From the human T2T-CHM13v2.0 reference genome, Homo sapiens, in NCBI RefSeq assembly GCF_009914755.1, contig NC_060944.1: DNA of 64,000 bases, one strand, 5' to 3'. The translations under genes and the position numbers were made by a program. The notes under the pieces were generated by a model, which was not told the origin of the DNA, searched no databases, and saw nothing but the letters and a program-made list of their open reading frames with translations. This document shows positions 13,378 to 26,558 of the stretch, piece after piece. Positions within the stretch are counted from its first letter, which is position 1, and every line of letters starts with the position of its first letter.

Positions 13378-13481
13378 CACATATATATATGTGTATATAT
13401 ATATACACATAGATATGTACATATATACACATATATATGTATATATATATATGTATGTATATATATGAATGTTTATATATA
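13344..13481. repeat. Interrupted (TA)n microsatellite derived from the Alu tail
   Basis: About 140 bp of TA with TG/CA interruptions, between the Alu A-run and the right TSD. Confidence 0.9.
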
Positions 13482-14295
13482 GTGGCTACTTAAAAAGTGT
13501 TTTGTGATTGGTATATTTAGTTGTTCTTACTACCGCTGCCGATTTACTCTCACTGTTGCTAACCAAAGAGCAGAGTTAAGTCTGCAAAGAAAGATACCTT
13601 CCCTTTTCAATGATGAGGTTAGTGTCTTCACAAATAAAGCATCTGATACCTTAGTCTGATACATTAGATACAAATTATGACTAATAATTTGCCCCATTTT
13701 CCAAGTTTTCTCTTGATTGTGTTGATTGACTCAATAACGACTCAGCTCCTGATTCAGAGATGAATCAAAGAATGTCTTGCCCGCACGGGGCTGTGAGTCT
13801 AGATGGAGAGACATTCGTAGGGAGCTGTGTAATGTCAGCAGAGACGTGTCATAGGAAGACTGATGAAGCAGACGATGGAGAAAGTTGAGTTGAGTTGGTT
13901 GCTATTTAAAAGGGGTTGTCTAGGAAGGGTCTTTGATAAAGCAACTGAATAAAGAGCTGAAGGTAGTAAGTGTTAAGATCAAAGGATCTTTATAGGAGAT
14001 CCAACCACCTCCCTCTAAATGGTAGTTCTTGGTGTGCTGTGTGTAAACCTCAGAGTATTTGCAGAAAGGAGATAACTATTTGGGAGCTGCGTGTATCAAC
14101 ATGTTCCAGAATACATAGGATGTTGGTAGAAGCCACCTGAAGATAAAACAGTCTGTTGATTCTGGCAAAATAGATAAACAATATTTACTATCTTTACTCT
14201 AGAACTCTTTAGAGCTTTCAATAGATTAATACACATTGCAGATCTCCAAGTGGGAACTAGAGCATTTAGTATTTCCTAACAGAACTCCTTATTCA

Positions 14296-14692
<397 letters not shown>

Positions 14693-14702
14693 TTACTCTG
14701 TG

Positions 14703-14705
14703 GCG

Positions 14706-14747
<42 letters not shown>
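14703..14747. repeat. (CA)n microsatellite
   Basis: gcgcacgc followed by (ac)n. Confidence 0.95.
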
Positions 14748-14749
<2 letters not shown>

Positions 14750-15224
14750 TCAGGTGGATTTGCACTGGAGCCCTGTAAGTATTCAAGCTCTTTTGCTGTA
14801 GAGAACTAAAGAAAACATCAAGATATCAAGTAGTTTTATTGATTTATTCCATAGTATTTTCTGGAACATATTGGCTTGTCTGAGTTACTTACAGGCCTTG
14901 CCACCTGGCAAAAATCATTTCAAATTATTGGGAAAAGAGCCACAGAAGTGGAAAATATCAAGAATATGGGCTCCGACTGCACAAGGCTGGACTCACACAC
15001 AAGCCCTGCCAAGTTCTCACACGAGTCTCCGTTTATGTTGCTTCTAAAATGGGGTCCAGTTGCAGGACAAATTTTTGATTTTAATCAAAAGAAAGGTGCG
15101 AACCCATAGAACGGACCTTTGCAGGAGAAAGAAACAATTGTGGATGGATGTGAAAACCGAGGCAGCTGTTGCTTCACATAGATAATATGCCCATTACCTT
15201 TTGGAACAAAATTAAACATTTTTA

Positions 15225-16100
15225 AGTGTATTAAGATACACATAACATTGCAATTTATCATCTGGAACATTGTTAAGTATACAGTTTAGAAGTGTCATGT
15301 ATATTTGCATGGTTGTACCACCAGTCTCCAGAACTTTTTCATCTTGCAAAACTAAAGCTCTATACCCATCAAATGACAACTCCCCATTCTCTCCTACTCC
15401 CCAGATCCTGGCAACCACTATTTTATTTCCTGTTTCTAAGAACTTGACTATTTTAGGTACCTCATGTACGTAGAATCACGCCACAGTTGTCTTTTTGTGA
15501 CTGGCTTATTTCACTTAGCACAGGGGTCCTCAACCCCTGAGCTGCGGGTCGCTACTAGTCCTTTGCCCATTAGGAGCCAGGCTCCACAGCAGGAAGTGAG
15601 TGGAGGACCAGCAAGTGCGGCATTAGATTCTCATAGAAGTACGAACCCTATTGTGAACTGTGCGTGTGAGGGATCTAGGTTATGTGCTCCTTATGAGGAT
15701 GGAATGCCTGATGATCTAAGGTGGAACAGTTTCATCCCAAACCTCCTTCCTCCCCTGAGCCACCAGTCCTTGGAAAAATTGTCTTCCACGAAACCAGTCC
15801 CTGGGGCCTAAAAGGGTTAGGGTACTGCTGACTTAGCATAACATCTTCAAGGTTCTGTGATAACATGTATCAGAATTTTTTTCTTCTTTAAGGCTGAGTA
15901 TTATTCCTGTGTATGCATATACTACATTTCGTTTAGTCATTCATCTGTTGATGGACACATGGGTTACTTCCACCTCTTGGCTATTACGAATAATGCTACT
16001 ACAAATACAGTATACAAGCATATATGGCTGTACAAATATCTCTTAGAGACCTTGCTTTGATTGATTTTGGATACATACCCAAAAGTGGGATTATGCCTGT
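15225..16100 (-). mobile_element. L1MB-type 3' end interrupted by MER1B
   Basis: ctccagaactttttcatcttgcaaaactaaagctctataccc; tggcttatttcacttagca|...|acttagcataac. Confidence 0.85.
15521..15830 (+). mobile_element. MER1B (hAT-Charlie)
   Basis: caggggtcc...ctgctg with perfect 8-bp TSD acttagca (15513-15520, 15831-15838). Confidence 0.93.
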
Positions 16101-16109
16101 TAGATTGCA

Positions 16110-16575
16110 TTTCTTAAGACAGCTCTATTGTGATACAATTCATATACCATAAAATTCACTTCTTAAAGTATAAAATTCAACAGTGTTTCGCATGTTCACG
16201 TAGCTGTGCAACCGTCGTCGCGGTATCTAATTTAGAACATCTTCATCACCCCAAAAAGAAACTTCATATCCTTTAGCATTCACACCTCCTTCCTCCCTTC
16301 CCTGAGCCCTAGGCAGCCTCCGGTACTGGTAGAGAGACTTTCTGTCTCTATAGATTGACCTGTTTGGGGCCTTTCATATACACGGAGTTCTACGCTATGT
16401 GATCATTTGTGTCTGGCTTCTTCCACTTAGCATAATACTTTCAAGATTCGTTCATGTTGTATCAGCACTTCATTCAATTTTATTACCAAATAATATTTCA
16501 TGAAATGGATATGCCACACTTTATTTATTCATTCATTTGTTCATTTGTTGATGGACATTTGGGTTGTTTCTGCTA
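16110..16575 (-). mobile_element. L1MB7/8-like 3' end
   Basis: taccataaaattcac...catcaccccaaaaagaaac...gttgatggacatttgggttgtttc. Confidence 0.8.
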
Positions 16576-16809
16576 TACCCATTACTTTTGTTCCTTGCCA
16601 ATGACTGCATATCTGTAGCCTCATAACATTCAGAATTTCCCTTTTCTCTACCAAATGTGCTTAGGTTTCAGGGACAAACAAGGTCCTCTGTGAAAAGGTA
16701 GCCAAGAGAACGGTCTAGGTAGCAGACAATGGATTCATTCCCCCACCATCTTATTCCCTCCAAATAAAAAAGGAAGAAAAAGAAAACTGCTTCCATTTGT
16801 CTTAAAAGC

Positions 16810-16852
16810 TATATATGTATGTATATGTGTGTGTATATATATATATATATAT
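16810..16852. repeat. (TA)/(TG) microsatellite
   Basis: Visible dinucleotide run. Confidence 0.85.
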
Positions 16853-17804
16853 TTTTCTCGATATCTAATGGAAGAGACTTGTGCTCTTTAGGGAAATCAA
16901 TAGGAGGGATAACAACCGATTATACTATGAGAAAGAAAATTTTAAAAGACTCTTTGGAAATAGCGCATACATAAAACATTTTTGAACTATCTGCAAATGT
17001 AGAAATTATGCCTCAATGCAAGGGATCCATGCCAAAGTAAAAGTCTGCTCAGGCTTTTATGAATTTCAGTGTTAGTGGCAAGTTTATCACTCCAGTATCT
17101 GTGAAAGCCACTGCATTTGTCCCATGTTGTCCATTGCCATGAGAGGAAGGGGCTACCCTGTCTAATTAGTGACTGCGCCCTAACTGAACTCATAGTGTTT
17201 TCTGTATCACAGTTCTTGACCACGTATCCAATAATAGCATTTTGATTTTATTGAGTGCCAGATTAAAAGATCCTTAGGGGTTTGGACAACATATTTCCTT
17301 GCTCTGGAATTGAAAAGACATCGAAGTCAGATCCGGAGCGAATCGAGGAACGATGTACCACAAGGTGGCCCACACAAAAGCTATGTGGGCAATTATCTCA
17401 TGATTTGAGCAGCCTGACAAACTTCTCCCTTCTCACTCATATTTCACACAGATGCAGCCACGGTCCAACTTTGTTACAAAGAAAGAGAAACTTGTCATTT
17501 GTTTGATCATCAGCATGGTGTAAGAATTTGCCTGTCACTTGTTTAGGATAATGGCTGAATTTTTCAGTTTTCAATTGATGCTTGGCAGCTTCGATGTGTT
17601 AGATTGCTCTCAAACAACTGAAAGAAATCCACACATCCTATCCATTGTCAAGCTCATTTAGCAGATTATTCTAAGACTAAAGTAAGGGAAGGTAGCTTGT
17701 GCTATGAATCTTTTAAGAAAATATTACACAGTGTGAACAAAAGCAAATCCGCAGAACTTTAAAATGTCAGAGCCCAAAGAGAACTTAGAAATCCTTCCAT
17801 TGAA

Positions 17805-18352
17805 ACATCTGAAACCTCACATGCCCACAGAGTCCAGGCAAGTAGCAAGCCAACAGCAAGAGATGTAGATTGAGTCTTTGCCGCCCTAGGAGGGGTTCTA
17901 GTGTGCCAGACTGTATGTTTTCATAAAATTTGCAAAAGTAAGATGTTTAACTTTAATTCATTAATAGGGCTGTCACTTTTTGACATCCTCCTTTTTTTCT
18001 CCCTTATGTTAGGGTGTTAGATGGCATTGGAGTCACCCCAGGAATTTTGTATTCATGGGCTATGGGCACTATACAGCTTTTAAAACTTCAGGATCCACAA
18101 AACCAGCAGGTCAGATAGACACTATGGCAAAGTGGAATGCTCATGCTCATTTAAAGGAGGTGTTTTTGCTTAGTTCCTGACAATTACTGTCAGGTGAGAA
18201 TTGAAGGGCTCAGTGTGGTCAGTTCTCTCAAGGGAAGCCAGAAATCCAGATTTATATGTCAAATCTTCTGATTTCAAAATGTTGATAACTAACCGAACAA
18301 CACTAATCTGAAGGCTGAACTTGATCTGTGGGCTGTCAGTTTTTATCCTCAG
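17805..18352 (+). mobile_element. MER102-like hAT element, split by an Arthur1/MER69-like insert (about 17875-18095)
   Basis: aaacctcacatgcccacagagtccaggcaagta; gaagccagaaatccagatttatatgtcaaatc; the insert carries ataaaatttgcaaaagtaagat. Confidence 0.6.
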
Positions 18353-18879
18353 GCTAAATTCAACCCTTGCTATTGATGACAAAAAAAGCAAATGAACAGG
18401 TCTAAAAATAATTAACCCTCTATCCACACCATTGTCTTCCACAGGTTTTATATTGAAATCATCAACCTGGTTTTCTTATAATCATTCGTTGAGCATTTCT
18501 TGAGTGTTAAGTGTGCATTTTAAGTACATTTGGGTTTCCCTCAAGCTTAGCTCTTGATTAAATGAGTCCAAAGTAGTCCACATCCAGGTTCAGAGTTAGG
18601 AGACAGGACTGGATGTGAAATTATCTCACTGTGCCAGGATTTTGAAAACAATTCACTAAAATTTGCAATAATTCAGACAAGGCTTCAGATACTTATTAAG
18701 AGAAAAGTTTCAAAAAGTGGTGTGGGATTTTATATTTATGGACATGTTATTGTAATCCTGCTGTTAGTTATAATTTTTTTGCATGAACTTTGAGTGATTT
18801 ATAGTACCCAGAGGTAATGAATCCATTCCCATTTTTACTCCTCCTCTCGTTGGAACATTTGCATCAGTTTTCTCCACTT

Positions 18880-19420
18880 CTCAAACATTTTTTTCAGTTG
18901 ATATTTCCATGGCTGGACCCTTCTTATCACTGAGGTCTCAACTGACATGTTACCTCTTTAAAAAAATCTTTCCAGAAGATCTTAGCTAAATTCACCAACT
19001 CCCAGCTCTCTATCCCAGGGGCAGATAAACTATGGCTCACAGTTTGAATCCAGCCTGCAGTCTGGCTTTGTAAATAAAGTTTTATTGGCACTCAGCTACA
19101 TTTATTTGTTTACCTCCTGTCCATGGCTGCTTTTGTGCTACCCCAGGAGACTTGAGCAGTTGCAACAGAGACAGTGTGACCTGTGAGTCCCAAACTATTT
19201 ACTATCTGGCCCTTGATGGAAAATGTTTGCCAACCTAAGACTTTTCCATTGCTATTTTATTTTCTTCACAGTAATGCTTATCTGAGATTACTTATTTTTT
19301 ACTTGTTTGCTTGTTTGTTTCTGAATTCTACTCTTAGAATCTGAGCTCCTCAAGAGTTATTTTATCTATACCTAGAACACAGTAAGTACACAATATATTT
19401 TGGTTGCGTGAACTTAATAA
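18880..19420 (+). mobile_element. L2 3' fragment interrupted by MER58A
   Basis: aggtctcaactgacatgttacctc; cctagaacacagtaagtacacaatatatttt. Confidence 0.65.
19016..19239 (+). mobile_element. MER58A
   Basis: tttgtaaataaagttttattgg...tatttactatctggccctt. Confidence 0.85.
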
Positions 19421-20158
19421 ATTCCATGCTTCAGCCTTTTTTCTTATAGCAGAGAGGGCTCCTAAAGTCCTTCTGTGCAGGTGGGTCCTAAGGATCCTGC
19501 TGCTTTTCAGTACTACAGGGAATATCAGGCCAAGTTTTTTATTGTTTCTGGTTGTGCAAACTGGACCAACTATATACACTGAAACAGGTGATGCCTAAGT
19601 ACCAGACCCTTGAACTGGATGAGGAAAAGCCAAGATGGGAAACCACTGGAAAACATCGCAGTCTATTGATTCTGTGTATCATTTCGCCCAATACCGTTGT
19701 CGTTATCAAGGGCTAACTCTTATTTGTCAAGTAAAGAAAGACTACAGGTTCAACTGACTTCTAAGTTAGCAAACATTTTGGTTCCTCCCTATCTAGTTAA
19801 ATAAATGAGTTTCTTTTTCTAAAGCCTCAACTCACCTAAGGACAGGGTTCTTTGTTTTTCTCTGCTTAATTGCGTCATATTCCTCCATACCAACTACACA
19901 AACCCCAGCACACACTCAGCTGCAGATTACCATCCTGTGTTCTTGTCACCTCATGCATTTTACCTGCTGGAAATAAATGCTCACACTCTGCCCAATCCCA
20001 TCTTTCCCTGCACCTGGACATGCTTCAGAACTCCTTTTGTCTGTTCCTCTCTCTCATGTGCCTGAACTCTTCTGTGACTTAGAATCTCTAGCACATGATT
20101 CAGAACCTTAGGATCTGTCCAGTGGCTTCTTGTCTGTTAGTAATTTTTGTTCTCTCAA

Positions 20159-20509
20159 TGATATGGTGTGGCTGTGTCCCCACCCAAATCTCATCCTGAA
20201 TTGTAGCTCCCATAATTCCCGCGTGTCGTGGGAGGGACCTGGTGGGAGGTCATTGAATCATTGGGGCAGGTTTTTCCTGTACTGTTCTCATGATAGTGAA
20301 TAAATCTCATGAGATCTGATGGTTTCATAAAGGGCAGTTCCCCTGCACCGCTCTCCTGTAAGATGTGCCTTTGCTCCTCCTTCACCTTCCACCATGATTG
20401 TGGGGCCTCCCCAGCCATGTGGAACTGTGAGTCTGTTAAACCTCTTTTTCTTTGTAAATTACCCAGTCTTGGATATTTCTTCATAGCAGTATGAAAATGG
20501 ACTAATACA
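20159..20509 (+). mobile_element. THE1-family solo LTR (MaLR)
   Basis: tgatatggtgtggctgtgtccccacccaaatctcatc...ggactaataca; no clear TSD. Confidence 0.93.
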
Positions 20510-21187
20510 CCTAGTACCTTGTAAGCATGCACCATTTTTACTCATATTTATATCTTCCTCTTTTACTCAATTTGTGTTTGACCGAACTTGAATCTGCAGT
20601 ACCAGGCCCCTGGCATTGTGCTGGGAGTTATGCCAGGCACTAACAAGACCACTGAAATTTCCCAGACGCCCTACAACCTTCCTTTGGGAGTTCCCATACC
20701 ATATAGTAATAAGCCTGTTAAAATGCACCCACTTGCCAGGTTATGTATGTTTTTTTTTCTTTTAAGAAATCATAATAATTCATTTGCTTTTTATGTTGTT
20801 ATTATTTATTATAATCATAACTTCTTTTTATGTCTCAACCAATGCATATTTGGTCATATCCCCAAGGATTTGAAGTCCCTTGAATTTTTTAGAGGCCCAG
20901 GAGAAGCTGGTATACCTAATATACCATGCCCCAAATACCTACTGTATTCATACTGCTTTAGCAGCCCTGGACACTCACAGAAACAGTGATGAACACGCAT
21001 GGTTCTTGTCCTCAGGGAGTCCAGAGTCCAGGGAGTGAGGTGCAGGTAAGCACGTGGTAATAGAAAACTGTGAGAAAGTCCATTGTGAAGGATGGGCAGA
21101 AGCTAAATAAGATTTGAGGACATGGACAGAAATGGGGTCAGGAAAGGGCATGGAGGTCCCCTCCCTGGAGGAAGTAATGTCTTAGAT

Positions 21188-21531
21188 CGGTGGTCCCCAA
21201 CCTTTTGGGCTCCGGGAACCAGTTTCATGGAGGACGATTTTTCTAGGACTGGAGGTAGGGGGATGATTTCAGGATGAAACTGTTCCACCTCAGATCAAGC
21301 ATAAGTTAGAGTCTCATGAGGATCGCACAACGTAGATCCCTCACACGTGCAGTTCACAATAGGGTTTAGGCCCTTGAGAGAATCCAATGTCACTGCAGAT
21401 CTGACAGGAGGCTCAGCTCGGGCCATAAGACTCTCTGGCCCACCGCTCACCACCTGCTGTGTGGCCTGGTTCCTAACAGGCCACAGTCTCGTACTGGTAT
21501 GGGTCTGTAGCCCCAGAGTTGGGGACCTCTG
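21188..21531 (-). mobile_element. MER1B
   Basis: ggtccccaacctttt...gttggggacctctg; TSD tcttagat/tctttgat. Confidence 0.92.
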
Positions 21532-21665
21532 TCTTTGATGGCCTCAAACAATGCAAAGTGGAAGGATCCAACTTGAATTCTGCCTGTCAAAACACAGCCA
21601 ATTTCCCCCAAGTTAGCCTTGATAAATCTACCTAGTCAACAAACTAATTCACCTGAAGTCACAAT

Positions 21666-21827
21666 CATAACAGGCTACAGTTTGTGAGGCCTGATGCAAA
21701 ATGAAAAGGCAGGGCCCCTTGCAGAATTTCAAGACAGCAACAGCAGGGCATTAAACCATGTATGGGCCCTTCTGAGCATGGGGCCCTGTCTGACAGCACG
21801 GGCCACACACCCATGAAGCTGACCCCG
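21666..21827 (-). mobile_element. MER45A (hAT-Tip100)
   Basis: tgcaaaatgaaaa...gggcccttctgagcatggggccctgt...cccatgaagctg. Confidence 0.8.
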
Positions 21828-24099
21828 TTAGTTGTTCTAAAAGTGGGGCCAGTGTCATTCAAAAGACAGTAGGAGAAAAAAAGCACCATGGACTAAAGCC
21901 CCAAGTACATAGCAGATGCTCAACCAAGGTTTGTGGAACAAGGCTGAGTTTCTTTAGTTTATTTTGCTTTTCTTGGAAATAGGCCTGACCAGGTGGCAAA
22001 TGTCTGTAAGAAAGCAGTTACTTTGTCATTTTCCCTTTCTAGAAGCTCAGGACAGATGCAGAGATCCAGGTCTGGCCTGGGGAAACATGACCAGTCTGGC
22101 TGCCTTTTGTCTTGGAGATGACTTGGGTATTAATACATATATTTCGTTTGTTTGAAATATATACATGCATTTAAATCTGTATACAAAACCTTTTGGTGGA
22201 CATTTTCTCCACATCCTATCCTGACAGAAGATGACGATAAACTCATGCTAGTGATTTTTATTAAGTCTCATTGAGTGTATTTTCAGAAGCTGCCACACAA
22301 GGAAATGTACTAAACATTTTTTCCCTGTCTGTAAATGTGAGTAGTCTTGAATTGCCAAGCCAGGTAAAATGAGTCCATGGATAACTCTTAAATGTATTAA
22401 ACTCCTAAAAATATTAGATCCTTCTGCAACAGATGAGGTTTGGTAGTGCAGCTCATTAGCATTTGAACAAATTAGTGAGACTTTTAAGGCATGTTGTTGG
22501 ATTGAGCTAAGTAGATGAACACAGTGAATTCCAGACCCTAATGACTCCATTTATCAAGGGAGCAGGTTTTAACATAATGCATAAACCTTTCTCACATGGC
22601 CATTTTACTATGCATTTAGTTCTATTGCAACATGGTGCTTTGGGCAGAGGAAATGAAAAACTTAAACAAGGTTAACATTCCGAGAAAAGACTAGGAAAAA
22701 ATAAATACCCCCGTCCCTCCCCAAATGAAAGATGATTTACAAAAATGAAAATCTGTATCGATAACAGAGTCTTACAGATGACAAAATATACCAGTGATGG
22801 TTTGTGACTAGGACATGAGCTGCCATTTCTCCTGAATTCATATCCAGTTTTAGGGATAATGTAATGAAAATGTTTTAGTGTGATTAGTAAGAGGTTATTA
22901 ATTGGTTAAAGACCCTCCTACAGCTTTGAGATTTATTTTGAGGACAATGAAGAATTCTATCTCACTTATTTTGTTTCACGTTCCTATTGACTTTGAAATG
23001 TTGTCCTTTTTTCTGTTTATGTATGCTTAAGAAGAAGAACTAAAGCGACTGTCTTTCTTCTTACTCAGGAAGATTTGCCAGAATTTAACACTAACACTTC
23101 ATCCCTTTGGAATACCCAGTCGTTCAAAATTTTTTGTTTTGCCTATTAGTGATTTAAAAATACCCTAGCTTCATGACATTTGCAGATGTAGCATTATGGT
23201 TTTGTCTATCAAGGAGGCAGCCAAAGGCCGAGGGTTTGTATTGTGCAGGGTGGCATTTATATGTAAAAGTGTGTAATTTTACTAGTGAGCTGCCCAGAGC
23301 TATGTCGAAATGTAGATTTGCGGCTTCTCTCTTGGGCTACATTGTCTCTGCCTGCCAGTGTAGTTGTAAAGCAGTACACACAAAACAGGTCACTTTTTAC
23401 AAATGACTTTTGATTCTACATTTATACGGCCATTAAGAAACTAAAGAAGTCAAAATTTTTCAGATCTACCTCACTGAATTTTATGAAGGAAAAGATATGC
23501 TTTGGTAGATTCATAAATTTAGGGGATTTTGAGGGCTGTAGAATGTATCTCCAACAAATGGCAAAGGTCTATGGCAAATAACTCTGATTTCTCAGGAGCT
23601 GTTTCCCTGCTACTCACATAAAAAACACTTCACTACTAATACCTAAAACAACCCCATAGTTGCTTATTCTATCCAAACTATTATCCAAAGTTATTTCCTT
23701 AAAAAGTTGAGTCTTCCCAATTTCCCTGCCTCCCTAATGAAACTGGTTTTCTACACGGTGCTAGGCAGGACACAAGTATTGACAGAATAAGTTATGCTAA
23801 GTTAGATAGCTGAAACTGGATAGAATTTCCATCACTCAGAAACAGAAATGTAAAGTTGGAGCTTAAGCATGGAGCTTAGCAATTTGTCTTCCATCTTCAG
23901 AAAACTCAAAATTATACTTACGTAGTAAAAATGGGTTAACTAAATAATATCCTGAATAGAAGGAAGAGTGTTTAAAAGTGTTTTTTCATAAAAGTGAGTA
24001 AAAATATTAAAATATCCTTCTACACAACAGTATCCTTTAAAAGTAATAAAACCCCATCAAAACCGTGGATATCAACAGCCAGATTTTTCACCATATCCT

Positions 24100-24400
24100 G
24101 GCAGCACTCAGAAGTCAGGGCAGGCCTCTCTTCCTCAATGAATCCTTTTCCTGGTTTTCACAGTCTAGGTTGGGTGGTGGTGTTTCATTTCCTTAGTCAT
24201 TCTATATTCCTATCCATTATCATACTTATTACATATTGCTTCATTGTTTTCTTATCTGTCTGTCAATTCAATGATAAGTACCTTACCGGTAGGTACAAGA
24301 TCTTACTAAAGGTTCCTTTCTTGGTTCTAAGTACAAAATTGACACTGTTGAACCCCAAAGAACATTTGTGAATGAATTAATCAATGAATGACTGAATGCA
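24100..24400 (+). mobile_element. L2 3' end
   Basis: Ends in a (tgaa)n-like tail. Confidence 0.5.
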
Positions 24401-25344
24401 ACCCTGAACGTTTTTTGAAGCTTCAGATATTTTGAACGCCAGAAATGACAAGAAAATAGAGGTAAGGTTGGAGAATTTCAATCTTTACTCTCCTTTTAAG
24501 CACATAGAGGAATTCTACCACCTCTTTCAATAAGAATCAGCAATGCACAGATCACCAGCACATGCGTCAGAGAGAGTCCATTGTAGGGGCTCAACATATA
24601 TTCACTGAGCTAAACCCAAATGCATTTGAACTTCTGCCCAGTAGCTTGTCAAAAGACACCCTGAGTCATTCTAACAGAGGATCATAAGAGATGAAAAGGA
24701 AAAGATATAAGATTATGAAAACAACATTGCACATCTAGTCTGGACTTCTCTAATCTGCCCAGTGGTGAATCCAGGCAGCAGGTTATGAAGATGCTGGGAG
24801 ATTTCCTGTGTAGAGTTGTTGAGCTGAACTAGCTTTCTCAACTATTCATGTTAATGTGTCACCAGTCTTGGAACTTTCTTTTACTGACAGGTTGTATCTA
24901 TTTTTCCTATTCTGTTTTTGTGAACTCAACTTAAAACATCATCCAGCAAGGTTCCAGAAAGACTCCAGGCTTCTTAGTGAGATGTTATCCAAATGGCTTG
25001 ATTCTTTGGATTTGGCACTAGAAAGAGACATGTTTTTTATGTATGATTTAAACTCAAATTCCATTTTAAAATCAACGAATGTGCTTCACCCAACCACCTC
25101 AAATCTCAGAGACATGGCCCACTTGAAATAAAGGTTAACAATCTTCAAGTTTAATTCCCAAGCTTTTCTGATATCATTTTCCCAATTATAGATTGCATCA
25201 TTTTTTCTTCCCTATGTAAATAAGTAAGTCTGGGCTGAAGTTAAAACACTTAAGCAAGAATTAGCAAGGCTTTCTTTAAAAAAAGTAGGCCATATATCTT
25301 CCAAGAAATCTCTATGAAGAGATGTGTTTTTATACCTTACCAGG

Positions 25345-25570
25345 AAGCAGCTGTGGTACAAGAGTGGGAACTTCAACTCTTAAAAGCTGTTTTTAATCTC
25401 AACTAAGCCACATCACCAGTTAACCTCTCTGATTTTGTCATCTCATCTGTAAAATGGAAATTAATTGTGCCTTCCCTACAGGGCTATTATGAGGATAAAA
25501 TAAGACAATCACCAGGAAACTGCTTGGCAAATTGTAAAGTGCAGTATAAATATAAGAGATATTAACTATA
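25345..25570 (+). mobile_element. MIR
   Basis: ttaacctctctg...ctcatctgtaaaatgg...cagggctattatgaggataaaataag. Confidence 0.75.
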
Positions 25571-25762
25571 AACGGTCATATGGGAGGTTTTCGAGCACAA
25601 AACAGTAAGCTAGAGAAAATTCTGAGGCAGTGCAAATTCAGAAAGGAAATTATAAAAGTAGGTATAACCATCCTAATAGTTGTGACAATGTAATTTCAGA
25701 ATATTGGTGAGTTACAACATATACCACATTTAAGTGTTTACAAGTGTTAGTGTTTACAAGTG

Positions 25763-25948
25763 TTAGTGTTTCTTGAACTTCATAAACCAACCTCTGTTAC
25801 CTTTCAACTTTTCCTCTGCAGCTTCCTCATCTCCCTCAGCCTTCACAGAATTGAAGAGAGTTAGGGCCTTGCTCTGGATTAGGCTTTGGCTTAAGGGAAT
25901 GTTGTGGCTGGTTTGATCTTCTATCCAGACCACTAAAACGTACTCCAT
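25763..25948 (-). pseudogene. Tigger1/pogo transposase remnant (CENP-B-type HTH region)
   Basis: [31 protein letters not shown]...GWFMKFK; truncated, not an intact gene. Confidence 0.85.
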
Positions 25949-26558
25949 ATCAGCAATAAGGCTGGTTCACTTTCCTATCATTTGTGTGTTCAGTAGAGTA
26001 GAACTTTTTATTTTATTCAAAAACTCTTTGTTGGCATTCACAACTTGGCTACCTGGTTGGCACAAGAGGCCTAGCTTTCAGCCTGTCTCAGCTTTCAACA
26101 TGGCCTTCCCAACTCAGCTTAGTCATTTCTAGCCTTTAATTTAAAGTGAGAGATGTGTGCCTCTGCTTTTCACTTGAATACTTAGAAGCCATGGCAGGGT
26201 TATTAATTGGCCCAATTTCCCTAATTTCAGGAAATAAGGAGGGCTGAGGAAAGAGCTTCCCTATTTCCAGTTTGTTTGGCACCCCCGAAACAATTACAAC
26301 AGTAACATCAAAGAGCACTGATCACAGATCATCATAATAGATATAACAATAATGAAAAAGTTTGAAATATTGCGAGAATTACCAAAGTCTGGCACAGAGA
26401 CTTGAAGTGAGCATGTGCTATTGGAAAAAATGGTACTAATAAACTTACTGGATGCAGGCTTGCCACAAACCTTCAATTTGTAAAAAGTTCAAGCTTTTTA
26501 CAAATTGAAATACCTCTGAAGCACAATAAAATGAAGCACATTAAACCAAGCATGCCTG
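25768..26558 (-). mobile_element. Tigger1 5' portion with internal deletion
   Basis: Terminal repeat ends ...catgcctg|ta; encodes a transposase remnant. Confidence 0.92.
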
